A stretch of DNA of 64,000 nt from Bacteroidota bacterium (GTDB lineage: Bacteria; Bacteroidota; Ignavibacteria; Kryptoniales; JAKASW01). The stretch lies in assembly GCA_021812985.1 (NCBI GenBank), contig JAKAMG010000014.1, positions 12,817 to 76,816 on the forward strand, written 5' to 3'. Position numbers and translations under genes: made by a program. Under the pieces are notes generated by a model, which searched no databases, was not told where the DNA came from, and worked only from the letters and a program-made list of their open reading frames with translations. This document shows, in pieces, positions 19,431-29,347 of the stretch (within the stretch, counting starts at the first letter, position 1; each line of letters starts with the position of its first letter).

Positions 19431-19445
19431 GAAAGGGGAAGGGCG

Positions 19446-20018
19446 TCAGCGGGGAGCGAGAGCCTTCAGCATCATCTCGGCGGCTTCCGCGGCATCTTTC
19501 GCGAGCCTGACGTACTTCGCGCAAGATACCATTCCTTCGGATTTGAGCTCCCTGTCGAGTACCTCGACGATTGGCTTCCAGTTCTGTGCCACGGCGATTA
19601 TGGGCTTTTCCGGCGTAAGTCCTTTGTTCATCAGCTCCCACACCATGGCGAATTCTACCAGCGTGCCTGTACCCCCCTTTAGAATCAAATAGCCATCGCC
19701 CAGATCGACAAGCTTCTCGAGTCGCTCGTAAAGCGTCTGCGTGTGAATCTGGACGTTGACATACTGGTTAGGAGTCGGTGAGAATATTGCCGAGGTGACG
19801 CCGATAATCTTGACGTCATATTGGGAGGCTCCCTTGGAAACAGCCTCCATTGTTCCACGATATCCCCCGGTACAAACTGAAAGCCCATTTGATGCGAGGC
19901 GCTCGCCGAGCAATCTCGCGTCCTCGTATTCCTGCGTGCCTTCCTCGGGCTTGCTGGAGCCGAAGATCGTTACGATCCTCTGGGGGAGGGATGATTCCTG
20001 GTGTCCGGTATCGGCCAC
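19446..20018 (-). CDS. LOG/TIGR00730-family Rossmann protein (nucleotide phosphoribohydrolase-like)
   Basis: 190 aa with the TGGYRGTMEAVSKGA and GGTGTLVEF motifs of the LOG / lysine-decarboxylase-like family. Confidence 0.8.
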   Translation of the reverse strand: MADTGHQESSLPQRIVTIFGSSKPEEGTQEYEDARLLGERLASNGLSVCTGGYRGTMEAVSKGASQYDVKIIGVTSAIFSPTPNQYVNVQIHTQTLYERLEKLVDLGDGYLILKGGTGTLVEFAMVWELMNKGLTPEKPIIAVAQNWKPIVEVLDRELKSEGMVSCAKYVRLAKDAAEAAEMMLKALAPR

Positions 20019-20023
20019 TGCTG

Positions 20024-22228
20024 TTAATTGTAAATGACGATACGCTGCCCGGGGCGGATGTCCGGACCGTTATCGTTCCATTCCTTCAGCTTGTGGATGC
20101 TAACGCCGAATTTCTTCGCGATACTCCAGAGAGAATCGCCGCGCCGCACTTTGTACACCATTTTGGATTCCGAAGACTCGGCGAGCATCCTCTCATCTTT
20201 CGATGCGCCATGGGAGGTGGCCTCGACAATCAGACGCTGCCCGGGTCTTATCCTGTTTCCGCCAAGGTTATTCCAATCCTTAATTTCCGCGACCGTGACC
20301 CCGTACTGTGAAGCTATCGTGGTCAAGTTCTCGCCCCTTCTTACCTTATGGTATGCGCTGTGATCCGTCGTCGGGACGAGGCGAGTCTTTCTTTCAGCGA
20401 CGAGTGTCTTCTCGCGTCGGCTCTCCGTCGTCTTGATGGGGGCGGCCGAAGTAATCAAGCGCATCCGCGGCTTTATCATAGAGCTTCGCAGATGGTTCAA
20501 GCGTTTGAGCGCGGAGACCGTGGTTCCGTAAGCGTCAGCGATACCGCTAAGCGTTTCACCCCTTCGAACTATGTGTATCCGGTCCCCGTCTCTTCCAACT
20601 GTCCGGCGACGCGAGGCTATGTTATTCTCGCGGGATGATGCTTCGCTCGAATAATATGAGCTTCTAACTGGTATAATGAGGAGGCTGCCAGGCCTGACGC
20701 GGCGGGTTCTCCATGAAAGGTCGTTGGCACGCCTTAGGGCCACGAGGCTGACCCTGTACCTTCGAGCTATTCCGTAGAGCGTTTCGCCGCGCGTTACTTT
20801 GTGAAACGTCCATGTCAGTTTGCTCGACTCAGGAAGCTTCTGGTAATCCTCCGCGAACACAGGACCCATCCCTTTGGGGACCAGCAGGGGGTAACCCTCT
20901 CCGTCGAAATCAGGCGGGGTTACACCGTGAACGAGCTCGGGATTCATCGTCCTAAGGGAGTCGTAAGACATCCCCGTGGCATCAGCAAGTACCTTCAGGT
21001 CAACGCTGTCCGGGATTCTGACAGTATCGCAAGGAGCAGGAGCCGCGTCGACGCTGTCGACAAATCCGTATGCTGTCGGATTAAGCGCGATAAGTGTTAC
21101 CGCAATATATTGCGGGACGTAGTTTCTCGTCTCGCGCGGGAGGAAGCGCTTGATTTTCCAGAAGTCCATACTTCCGCCGCTTCGCCTTATCGCCCTGTCA
21201 ACCGAATGCGTGCCGCAGTTGTATGCCGCGATTGCCAAATACCAATCGCCGTAATATGAGTATAAATCCTTCAGGTGGCTGGCCGCTGCTTCCGTGGCCT
21301 TTACGGGGTCACGTCTTTCATCGTACCACCAGTTCGAATGCAGGCCGTAAAGGCTTCCGGTGGACTGGATGAACTGCCATAGACCAACAGCACGTGCCCA
21401 TGACCGTGCGGCGGGGTTGAGTCCGCTTTCGGGCATCGAAAGATATGCTACCTCGGGCGGGAGGGAGTCTCTCATGAAAATCTTCTGCATCATGGGGATG
21501 TATCTGCCCGAGCGATAGATCCAGTCCTGCATGTGCCATCTGCCGCGTGTCGTGAAAAACTCTATGTTCTGCTCGACGAACTTGTTCATGACAAGAGGGA
21601 CAGTGGTTGGAGGGAGTTTCGTCGGGGCAGGAAACGTTGCTCCCGACACGTTTATCGAGTCGACTATCTGAGAGAGCTTCTCCTGAAGTGCGAAGACTGA
21701 AGTCCCCGGGCCCAGGTTCTGAACAGTTGAAATGTATCTTTCATAGTCGCTGATAGTTTTCTGGCTGAGGTCGACAAAATCCTTATTCTCTTCGATATCA
21801 GGGTAATAGCTGAGATCGTTCAGGACATCGATTGCCTGCTCAAATTCGATTGCAGACGAGTCCTGTGCCCCTGACTTCTGCAGCCTGAGCGCATCCTGAT
21901 AATGGTCGCGGGCGATCGAGAGGAGCTTGTCTACTGCGTCGTCATCGGTGACGATGGAATCTATGCCGTACCTGTAAAGTGATGAGAGCTTCGTCTGCTG
22001 AACGACTGCTCTCCGGCTTATCTCTATAGAGGATTTGAGACCAAGCGAATCAATTTGACTCTTCGCATCATTGTTTGAAAGCTTCTGCAATTCTCTGTTG
22101 GAGGAACAGGAGAACGAAATGATACCGAACAGCCCCCCCAAGAGCATCAAAATAGAGCGTTTTTTAAGCATTTGCCTCGTTCGTTTGAAAATACTCACAA
22201 ATATAGGCCTAACCGGCAGTTTTGTCAA
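20024..22228 (-). CDS. membrane-bound lytic murein transglycosylase with four C-terminal LysM domains (MltD-like)
   Basis: 734 aa. SLT core ([22 protein letters not shown]...AYNCG) followed by four LysM repeats (..VRRGETL.GIA..Y...L...N..). Confidence 0.85.
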   Translation of the reverse strand: MTKLPVRPIFVSIFKRTRQMLKKRSILMLLGGLFGIISFSCSSNRELQKLSNNDAKSQIDSLGLKSSIEISRRAVVQQTKLSSLYRYGIDSIVTDDDAVDKLLSIARDHYQDALRLQKSGAQDSSAIEFEQAIDVLNDLSYYPDIEENKDFVDLSQKTISDYERYISTVQNLGPGTSVFALQEKLSQIVDSINVSGATFPAPTKLPPTTVPLVMNKFVEQNIEFFTTRGRWHMQDWIYRSGRYIPMMQKIFMRDSLPPEVAYLSMPESGLNPAARSWARAVGLWQFIQSTGSLYGLHSNWWYDERRDPVKATEAAASHLKDLYSYYGDWYLAIAAYNCGTHSVDRAIRRSGGSMDFWKIKRFLPRETRNYVPQYIAVTLIALNPTAYGFVDSVDAAPAPCDTVRIPDSVDLKVLADATGMSYDSLRTMNPELVHGVTPPDFDGEGYPLLVPKGMGPVFAEDYQKLPESSKLTWTFHKVTRGETLYGIARRYRVSLVALRRANDLSWRTRRVRPGSLLIIPVRSSYYSSEASSRENNIASRRRTVGRDGDRIHIVRRGETLSGIADAYGTTVSALKRLNHLRSSMIKPRMRLITSAAPIKTTESRREKTLVAERKTRLVPTTDHSAYHKVRRGENLTTIASQYGVTVAEIKDWNNLGGNRIRPGQRLIVEATSHGASKDERMLAESSESKMVYKVRRGDSLWSIAKKFGVSIHKLKEWNDNGPDIRPGQRIVIYN

Positions 22229-22319
22229 GAAGAAGTTTAAGCGTTTCGTGAAACTGCCGATTCGACTAGGACTTAGCCCTTAGTATAGTTTCGGATTTTC
22301 GAAAAGAGTCTTGAGTGCG

Positions 22320-23981
22320 TCAGAACACAACAGGCTCTTCGTAAACTCCGAATACCTCCTTTAAAGTTTCGCACATCTCCCCGATTGTGGCGTAGGCGCG
22401 AGTCGCCCTCAATAGATGAGGCATCAGGTTGCTTCCGTCCCTGGCAGCGGCGAGAAGGGCGTCGAGCGATTCCTTCACTTCTCTGTCGCTCCTTCCTTTC
22501 CTAACCTCAGCAAGACGTTGTCGTTGCTTCAACTCCACTTCTCGCGATATTTCAAGTATTGGAATGGATATCTCTTCATTCTCCTGAACGAACTCGTTTA
22601 CCCCGACTATGATCTTTTCCTTCCTGTCAAGTTCCTGCTGGTAACGGTAAGCGGCATCGGCGATCTCGCGCTGAAAGAACCCCTGCTCAATGGCCGGTAT
22701 CACGCCTCCCAGTGAATCTATCTTCTTGAGGTAGCTCTCGACCTCCGCTTCCATCTTGTTCGTCATGCTTTCCACGAAGTAACTCCCTGCGAGCGGGTCA
22801 ATTGTATTTGCGACACCCGTCTCATGTGCCAGTATCTGCTGTGTTCGGAGTGCTATCGTAACGGCCTTCTCGCTCGGCAGGGCGAGCGTTTCGTCCATCG
22901 AGTTTGTATGGAGTGACTGAGTACCGCCGAGCACGGCAGCAAGAGCCTGGTAGGCCGTTCTGACTATGTTGTTCTCCGGTTGCTGTGCAGTCAGTGAGCA
23001 ACCGGCAGTCTGGGTATGAAATCTTAACGCTAGAGTGCGTGGGTTTGTAGAGCCGTATTTGCCACGCATCCGTCTAGCCCAGATTCTTCTGGCGGCGCGG
23101 AATTTGGCGATCTCTTCGAAGAAATCCACATGAGAATTGAAGAAGAAAGATATCTGCGGGACGAAATCATCGACCTTCAGACCTGCAGCAATGCCAGCCT
23201 CTACATATGCAAAGCCGTCGGCGAGAGTGAACGCAAGCTCCTGGGCGGAGGTGGAACCGGCTTCCCTTATGTGGTAACCGCTGACAGAGATTGGGTTCCA
23301 CTTCGGCATCTCCCGGGCGGCGTAACCGAACATGTCGGTTATTATTCTCATCGAAGGTTCAGGTGGATAAATCCATTCCTTCTGCGCAATGTATTCCTTT
23401 AATATGTCGTTCTGAATCGTGCCGCGTAGCTGGTTCGGCTTGACTCCCTGTTTCTCGGCGACCACAATGTAGAACGCGAGAAGCATGGCCGCCGGGGCAT
23501 TGATCGTCATCGAAGTCGAGACTTTGTCCAGCGGTATACCCGAAAAGAGGATCTCCATATCCGCGAGTGAGCTGACAGACACTCCGCAGACACCGACCTC
23601 TCCGTCTGAGAGAGGGTCGTCAGCGTCCCGCCCCATGAGAGTCGGGAGGTCAAAGGCCACGCTGAGTCCGGTTTGACCGTTCTCGAGAAGATAATGGTAC
23701 CGTTTGTTCGAGTCTTCTGGTGTTCCGAAGCCCGCAAACTGTCTCATTGTCCAAACTTTTCCGCGGTACATCGTCGCGTGTATGCCGCGAGTGTAAGGGA
23801 ACTCTCCCGGGAAACCGAGGTCATTTTGGAAGTCCATACCGGCGATATCTTCCGGGGTATAGAGCATGTCCACGGGCTCACCGCTTACCGTGGTGAACTT
23901 GACAGGCCGGGTTTTGGTCTTATCCGCCTTCGCCTGCCATTCGGCCTTCCGTTTGCTGAATTCTTCATCGATGTGCTTCAT
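22320..23981 (-). CDS. methylmalonyl-CoA mutase-family catalytic (large, N-terminal) subunit, no fused B12-binding domain
   Basis: 553 aa with [58 protein letters not shown]. The length matches the TIM-barrel substrate domain only. Confidence 0.9.
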   Translation of the reverse strand: MKHIDEEFSKRKAEWQAKADKTKTRPVKFTTVSGEPVDMLYTPEDIAGMDFQNDLGFPGEFPYTRGIHATMYRGKVWTMRQFAGFGTPEDSNKRYHYLLENGQTGLSVAFDLPTLMGRDADDPLSDGEVGVCGVSVSSLADMEILFSGIPLDKVSTSMTINAPAAMLLAFYIVVAEKQGVKPNQLRGTIQNDILKEYIAQKEWIYPPEPSMRIITDMFGYAAREMPKWNPISVSGYHIREAGSTSAQELAFTLADGFAYVEAGIAAGLKVDDFVPQISFFFNSHVDFFEEIAKFRAARRIWARRMRGKYGSTNPRTLALRFHTQTAGCSLTAQQPENNIVRTAYQALAAVLGGTQSLHTNSMDETLALPSEKAVTIALRTQQILAHETGVANTIDPLAGSYFVESMTNKMEAEVESYLKKIDSLGGVIPAIEQGFFQREIADAAYRYQQELDRKEKIIVGVNEFVQENEEISIPILEISREVELKQRQRLAEVRKGRSDREVKESLDALLAAARDGSNLMPHLLRATRAYATIGEMCETLKEVFGVYEEPVVF

Positions 23982-24691
23982 CGAATCACCTCTTTTTTAT
24001 CCGCCCCCGTTGGGTCAGGGGGCTGGGATCTCATTTTGTGATAAGATTCCGTTAATGCTCTCAACGCCGCGAAGGACATCATTATGTAGCCGATAAAAAA
24101 CGGGAGCCATGTGAATCCCTGCGGGACGTAATTTTCGAGGCCTTTTGGGCTACGATATATCAAGATATAAAAAATTTTCCCTGTAAACGAGTAGAGAACT
24201 GGAATACATCCGGCGATGAACAGCCAGATGTTGATTGGTCTGAACTGTACAGCCGCGCCTATGGTTCCGAGTCTCAAAAGCATCATTGAGGTTCCACCCA
24301 GGAGCAGCGCTATCATGATCGGGGCAATCACAGGCCCTATCCAGATTACTGGTATGAGAAAGAGTACGTCCGGTGTAAGGAGCGAAGGGGGCCAACCGAC
24401 GAGAGACTTCAGCGTCAGGTAGTAAACCAGGTCCCAAACTGCGAAGGCGTACACGAAGAAAAGCCACCGTTCCGTGCGCTCCCTCCCGGCCAGATAGCCG
24501 ACCGTGGCAAGCATTATCACCGTCGCGATCTCCCGACCAACTTCCATCGCTCCCAGCTGTGGCTGGAGGAGCCGCAGTGGAAAGACCTGTATCGGATTTC
24601 CAAATATCATCTCTCGTATGTAGATGACGAGCGCGCCTTCCAGGTAACCCATCGCGACGGAATAGAGTGTGACTGTGGCTAGCCTCTTCAT
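23978..24691 (-). CDS. polytopic membrane protein of unknown function
   Basis: About 7 hydrophobic segments. The stop overlaps the mutase ATG by 4 nt (ATGA). The start is taken at the internal ATG (MKRLATV, 24691); the ORF-track start at 24787 is possible but adds a non-hydrophobic leader. Confidence 0.6.
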   Translation of the reverse strand: MKRLATVTLYSVAMGYLEGALVIYIREMIFGNPIQVFPLRLLQPQLGAMEVGREIATVIMLATVGYLAGRERTERWLFFVYAFAVWDLVYYLTLKSLVGWPPSLLTPDVLFLIPVIWIGPVIAPIMIALLLGGTSMMLLRLGTIGAAVQFRPINIWLFIAGCIPVLYSFTGKIFYILIYRSPKGLENYVPQGFTWLPFFIGYIMMSFAALRALTESYHKMRSQPPDPTGADKKEVIR

Positions 24692-24875
24692 TATCAAATT
24701 TGGGAAAGTAGGCGGATTGATACAACGTGAGGTGCACTTACGGTAATGTGTATTGGCGGTGAGCCGCGCGGCCTCGCCGGTTCGCATGGCGGGAAGAGGA
24801 GGAGGGGGAGGAAAGCCGGGCCATGTTTCTTGCTTTGCGAAAATGGCTTGGTTAAATTGGTCTACGACATTTCAG

Positions 24876-26048
24876 ATGAGGAAAAAAACAGGGATCGCGA
24901 TACTCGGCTCGACCGGATCGATCGGTAAGAGCAGCCTCGATGTTATTACCAGCATGAATGAGCACGGTGAGAACTACGAGGTCACATTTCTTGTCACAAA
25001 CAAGAACGTTGATCTACTGTATCAACAGGTCAGGAAGTACAATCCTTTAGGCGTCGTCATAATCGATGAGAGCCGGGCGAATCAGTTCAGGTCGTATCTT
25101 AACGGGGAGAAGCTCAAGGTTTACTCCGGTGAGGAAGGGCTCATGGAAGTCATGGCGGGCGGAGAGTTCGACGTTTTGATCAGCGGACTCGTCGGTTTCG
25201 CCGGATTGCGACCGACCCTGAAGGCGCTGGAAGCGGGCAAGACGGTCGCTCTCGCGAACAAGGAGACAATGGTCGTCGCAGGAGAGATTGTAAACGAAAC
25301 CGCGCGGAGGCATAACGCGAAAGTCCTCCCTGTCGACAGCGAGCATAGCGCCATCCTGCAGTGTTTCTCGGGTGAAGGGAAGGAGTCAGTTGCGAAGCTC
25401 ATTCTGACCGCGTCGGGTGGCCCTTTCCTTAATCATACCAGGAAACAGCTCGAGAACGTAACGGTGGAAGAAGCCTTGAACCACCCGAATTGGCGGATGG
25501 GAAACAAGATCACCATAGATTCAGCTACGCTGATGAACAAGGGGCTTGAAGTCATAGAGGCTCATTACCTTTTTGATCTACCGGCTGACCGCATCGAGAT
25601 AGTGGTACATCCACAGTCGATCATCCATTCGATGGTGGAATTTGTTGACGGGTCGATAAAGGCGCAGCTCGGAATGCCTGACATGAAGATACCGATCCAG
25701 TACGCTCTGACCTATCCACAAAGAGTTCGCTCGAAGTATCAGCGCGTGGATTTCGGTAAGATCAGCCAGCTGACATTTATGAAGCCTGACACGGACAAGT
25801 TCACTCTGGTCAAGTCTGCGTACGAGGCACTGCGCGCCGGCGGTACGGCGACGGCGATATTGAACGCCGCTAACGAAGCGGCCGTCGATCTGTTTCTGCG
25901 CGGCAAGATCAGATTCCTGCAGATCGCGGAGTACGTCAAGGGGGCTCTCGATTCGATTGAATCTAAGAGCGCGCCGGCAATTGAGGAGATTTTCGAGGCA
26001 GATAGAGCTGCAAGACAGTTCGTTTATGCCGAGACGGAGCGAGTCTGA
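24876..26048 (+). CDS. dxr: 1-deoxy-D-xylulose 5-phosphate reductoisomerase
   Basis: GIAILGSTGSIGKSSLDV NADPH-binding N-terminus, plus LANKETMV and DSEHSAI motifs. Start chosen at ATG 24876 (MRKKTGIAILG) rather than the 24753 extension. Confidence 0.9.
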   Translation: MRKKTGIAILGSTGSIGKSSLDVITSMNEHGENYEVTFLVTNKNVDLLYQQVRKYNPLGVVIIDESRANQFRSYLNGEKLKVYSGEEGLMEVMAGGEFDVLISGLVGFAGLRPTLKALEAGKTVALANKETMVVAGEIVNETARRHNAKVLPVDSEHSAILQCFSGEGKESVAKLILTASGGPFLNHTRKQLENVTVEEALNHPNWRMGNKITIDSATLMNKGLEVIEAHYLFDLPADRIEIVVHPQSIIHSMVEFVDGSIKAQLGMPDMKIPIQYALTYPQRVRSKYQRVDFGKISQLTFMKPDTDKFTLVKSAYEALRAGGTATAILNAANEAAVDLFLRGKIRFLQIAEYVKGALDSIESKSAPAIEEIFEADRAARQFVYAETERV

Positions 26049-26133
26049 GTTTCCCGCTTTTATTCGTGAGTTGTGAATCACCGGCCTCGACGGGCATATT
26101 TCGAGACCCTATCGTAACACCAAAAATTGAGAA

Positions 26134-27441
26134 TTGCTGATGACATATATCATTTATTTCATCATAACGATCGGCGTCCTGGTTCTTGTGCATGAATTCG
26201 GGCATTTCATAGCTGCCAAGCTTTCAGGCATGCGCGTCGACACGTTCTCCATAGGTTTTCCGCCGCGCGCATTCGGCAAGAAGATAGGCGAGACTGACTA
26301 TTGCGTCTCGTGGATTCCCATCGGCGGTTATGTGAAGATTGCCGGCATGATCGACGAAAGTTTTGACACCGAGTTCGTGAACAAGCCTCCGGAGCCCGAC
26401 GAGTTCCGATCCAAACCAATGTACAGAAGGATAATTGTCGTATCCGCGGGCGTGATAATGAATTTTCTCCTAGCCTTTCTGATTTTTTATGGGATTAATC
26501 TTGCCAACGGGAAGGTTTTCCACTCTACGACTACCGTAGGTTACGTGGATCCGAAATCTGTCGCCGAGAAGGTCGGGTTTCAGCAGGGGGACAAGCTCCT
26601 CTCAGTCAACGGTAAGGGGCTGAAGAATTGGGAGGACGTGCAGACACGTTTCTACCTCGATGATGTTGCAGGCACGCTTTCCGTTCAGCTCGACCGCGGC
26701 GGAAACGTGGCCACGATCCAAATCCCGAAGGGGAGCGTCAAACCGGACGAACCAATCGGGATTTACCCGGACCACATGCACGCGATGATCGACGCCGTCA
26801 CGCCCGGAATGCCGGCCGCGAAGGCGGGAATAAGACCCGGTGACGTGATCACATCGATCAACGGGGTACAGATCGCAACAAATGCACAGGTCGTCGACCT
26901 GGTTATGAAGAACAAGGGCCGGCAGATTGAGATGGGCATCCGGCGTGCCAGCGAAGACAAGGTTATCGAAGTGACTCCCAATTCTGATGGAAAGATAGGA
27001 ATCGAAATTGGGACGGAGTACACGGGCCCTGTTCAGAGGTTCAGCTACAACGTCATATCGGCCATACCTGCCGGGTTCAATCAGACCGTTGGTGCGACAG
27101 CTCTTCTGATTCAATCGATCTCGCGGATGATAACGGGGAAGGTATCCTTCACTAAATCGATAGGCGGGCCGATCAAGATCGCTCAGCTCGCCACGCAAAG
27201 CGCTGAGATGGGACTGATCAGCTATCTTGGTTTCATTGCGCTGCTGAGCATAAGTCTGGCAGTGCTGAACATACTTCCCATCCCGGCGCTCGACGGCGGT
27301 CATCTGGCGTTCTTGATTTACGAATCGATATTCAGGAGGGAAGTCCCTGCCAGGGTGAAACTGCTGGCGCAGCAGGTCGGATTTGCGCTGTTGCTTCTCT
27401 TCATGGCTTTTGTAATCTACAATGATATTGTGCATTTCTAA
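26134..27441 (+). CDS. rseP: site-2 (M50) zinc metalloprotease RseP
   Basis: 435 aa with HEFGHFIAAK, a PDZ region and the C-terminal NILPIPALDGGH motif. The dxr-rseP pairing is conserved. Confidence 0.9.
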   Translation: MLMTYIIYFIITIGVLVLVHEFGHFIAAKLSGMRVDTFSIGFPPRAFGKKIGETDYCVSWIPIGGYVKIAGMIDESFDTEFVNKPPEPDEFRSKPMYRRIIVVSAGVIMNFLLAFLIFYGINLANGKVFHSTTTVGYVDPKSVAEKVGFQQGDKLLSVNGKGLKNWEDVQTRFYLDDVAGTLSVQLDRGGNVATIQIPKGSVKPDEPIGIYPDHMHAMIDAVTPGMPAAKAGIRPGDVITSINGVQIATNAQVVDLVMKNKGRQIEMGIRRASEDKVIEVTPNSDGKIGIEIGTEYTGPVQRFSYNVISAIPAGFNQTVGATALLIQSISRMITGKVSFTKSIGGPIKIAQLATQSAEMGLISYLGFIALLSISLAVLNILPIPALDGGHLAFLIYESIFRREVPARVKLLAQQVGFALLLLFMAFVIYNDIVHF

Positions 27442-27524
27442 CCGCAGGCTTTGCCGGGAGTGATGCTTATCATCCACTCTTTCTCCGGTGAGTCTATAGA
27501 TTTGTTATGAAAAGGGAGGAGAAA

Positions 27525-28625
27525 ATGCGGCTTTTCGGCAGATTGCTCATGGCTTTGAGTCTGTTTGTGATTTCGCTGCCGGCCAGAGCGCAGGTGGGAC
27601 AGCAGGCCGTGACACTCACGCTTACCGTTCCTCAATACAACCAAATCTATGTTGCCGATCTCGATGTCCAGCATGTGAAGAATGCCGGGGTCTTGTTCTC
27701 GGCCACGCTCCATTCAAACGTATTAGCGCCCGTTAGCGTAAAGCTCAGGATGACCGTGAACGTTATTCTCGCAGACGGGACAGCTTATGAAGACATCGCG
27801 GACGCTACGACCAACCCGTTCACGCTTGCTCCCGGTCAGACAAAAGTAATAACAAACGTGGATTTTTCCGGCGACAACCCTTCGATAAGCATCGAGAGCT
27901 CGAATTACAATTCGGACCAGGTTGACAAGTTGAAGAGCGTCGCCCTTGCGACCGGTAAGGCGCCCGCCGGAGAGTACCAGTTTCATCTCGAATGCCTGAA
28001 CGGTGCTGATAACAGCCCGATCAGCGAGGCTACTCAGTCAATCTATGTGACTAACCCGAGCAGGGTAGAGCTTGTTCTACCGACGAATCAGGAGAGCATA
28101 ACAACTTTGTTTCCCCATCTCCAGTGGTCATCGAATGTCGACACTGTGGTCTTGTCTGTGTACGAGAAGCTTCCGAGTCAGCAGAGCCCGGAGGATGTAG
28201 TTTCCGGAGTGCCGTTTCTTCGAATGACAGTTCCAAACTCGACGTCACCCTCTCCAGGGTCGTTTAACTATCCGCCCTCCGGTCCGGGCGTCAGGCCACT
28301 TCAGGCAGGTAGGACCTACTACTGGTATGTGGAAGTCCCTTCCTCGTCATCAAGGGGAAGCGGAATCAGAAGTGACATTTGGAACTTCTCCATCGAGGGC
28401 ACGGGGTCAGGCTCATCATCCTCAGGCGAAGGCGGCAGCAACGCCGCAGCGACTACCACGCTTAAGGACCTCCTCTCCGGGACGCCTTTCGGGAATTTGT
28501 CCTCCCAGATTCAGTCCCTTACCGGTGTGGCCACCTATGATGGCAGCACGTTGGATATTCAGCAGGTTATGGAGCTCCTCAGGACGATGGATAAATCAAA
28601 AATTACAAATGTTACGGTTCAGTGA
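27525..28625 (+). CDS. secreted protein of unknown function (first gene of the CHASE2 operon)
   Basis: Signal peptide MRLFGRLLMALSLFVISLPARAQ. ATG 27525 has the RBS gggaggag 4 nt upstream, so I prefer it over 27507. There is a Ser/Gly-rich linker near the C-terminus. No family recognised. Confidence 0.6.
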   Translation: MRLFGRLLMALSLFVISLPARAQVGQQAVTLTLTVPQYNQIYVADLDVQHVKNAGVLFSATLHSNVLAPVSVKLRMTVNVILADGTAYEDIADATTNPFTLAPGQTKVITNVDFSGDNPSISIESSNYNSDQVDKLKSVALATGKAPAGEYQFHLECLNGADNSPISEATQSIYVTNPSRVELVLPTNQESITTLFPHLQWSSNVDTVVLSVYEKLPSQQSPEDVVSGVPFLRMTVPNSTSPSPGSFNYPPSGPGVRPLQAGRTYYWYVEVPSSSSRGSGIRSDIWNFSIEGTGSGSSSSGEGGSNAAATTTLKDLLSGTPFGNLSSQIQSLTGVATYDGSTLDIQQVMELLRTMDKSKITNVTVQ

Positions 28626-28635
28626 GGAGGCGGCG

Positions 28636-29319
28636 ATGAAAAAGAGAAACGTAATATTACTCGTTGCCTTGTTTGTCGTCTCCGCTTCACTGGCTTTCAG
28701 GGCGGCCGAGCCGAGCAACGTGGCCCTCTTCTGGATCATAAAAAACGACGTCCAGAAAAAGCCGGCCGAACACAGTTGGGAGAACGCAAAGAAGGGCGAA
28801 TTGATCTATGGCGGAGACTTTGTCAGGACACAGAAGGAGTCCTTCGCGCTCATAAAGTTCAACGATGCCAGCACGCTGAGGCTTGGACCGAACTCGGAGG
28901 TCCAGGTGTACGGGGAGAATAATCCGTCAAGCACGAACATAACGAGCGGCGACGTTGGCTTTACGATGACAAAGAGGAAGACGAAACCGTTCGAGTTCAC
29001 GACACCCACCAGCGTCGCTTCCATACGAGGCACTCAGGGGATGCTCGGAGTACAGATGGATGGCACGGACTTCCTAACGATCGTCGAAGGACTAGTCAGA
29101 TTTTCGAACAAACTTTCAAACAAAACTGTCGACGTAGGCGCCGGACAGACAGGCGAATCGTCCAAAGACGGGAGCATATCGGTCCGTGAGTCGACGCAGA
29201 ATGACCTTAAGAGGGTCACCGATCTCAACAACCAGTTGGGTCAAAAACATGAGATGAAGATACAATTCCGCGGCAGCGACGGACAGCTGCATGAGCTGAT
29301 AATCGAGACTCAGCAGTAG
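28636..29319 (+). CDS. secreted FecR-domain-like protein
   Basis: ATG 28636 with RBS gaggagg. Signal peptide MKKRNVILLVALFVVSASLAF. The central GDFVRTQKESFALIKFNDASTLRLGPNSEVQV resembles the FecR sensor fold. The 28327 ORF-track start lies inside the upstream gene. Confidence 0.65.
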   Translation: MKKRNVILLVALFVVSASLAFRAAEPSNVALFWIIKNDVQKKPAEHSWENAKKGELIYGGDFVRTQKESFALIKFNDASTLRLGPNSEVQVYGENNPSSTNITSGDVGFTMTKRKTKPFEFTTPTSVASIRGTQGMLGVQMDGTDFLTIVEGLVRFSNKLSNKTVDVGAGQTGESSKDGSISVRESTQNDLKRVTDLNNQLGQKHEMKIQFRGSDGQLHELIIETQQ

Positions 29320-29347
29320 GCTGCGGATCAGAACAAACAAAGCAGGC

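Noticed and set aside
26602-27477. 291-aa ORF on the minus strand.
   Set aside because: It is antisense to rseP, a shadow ORF with no motif support.
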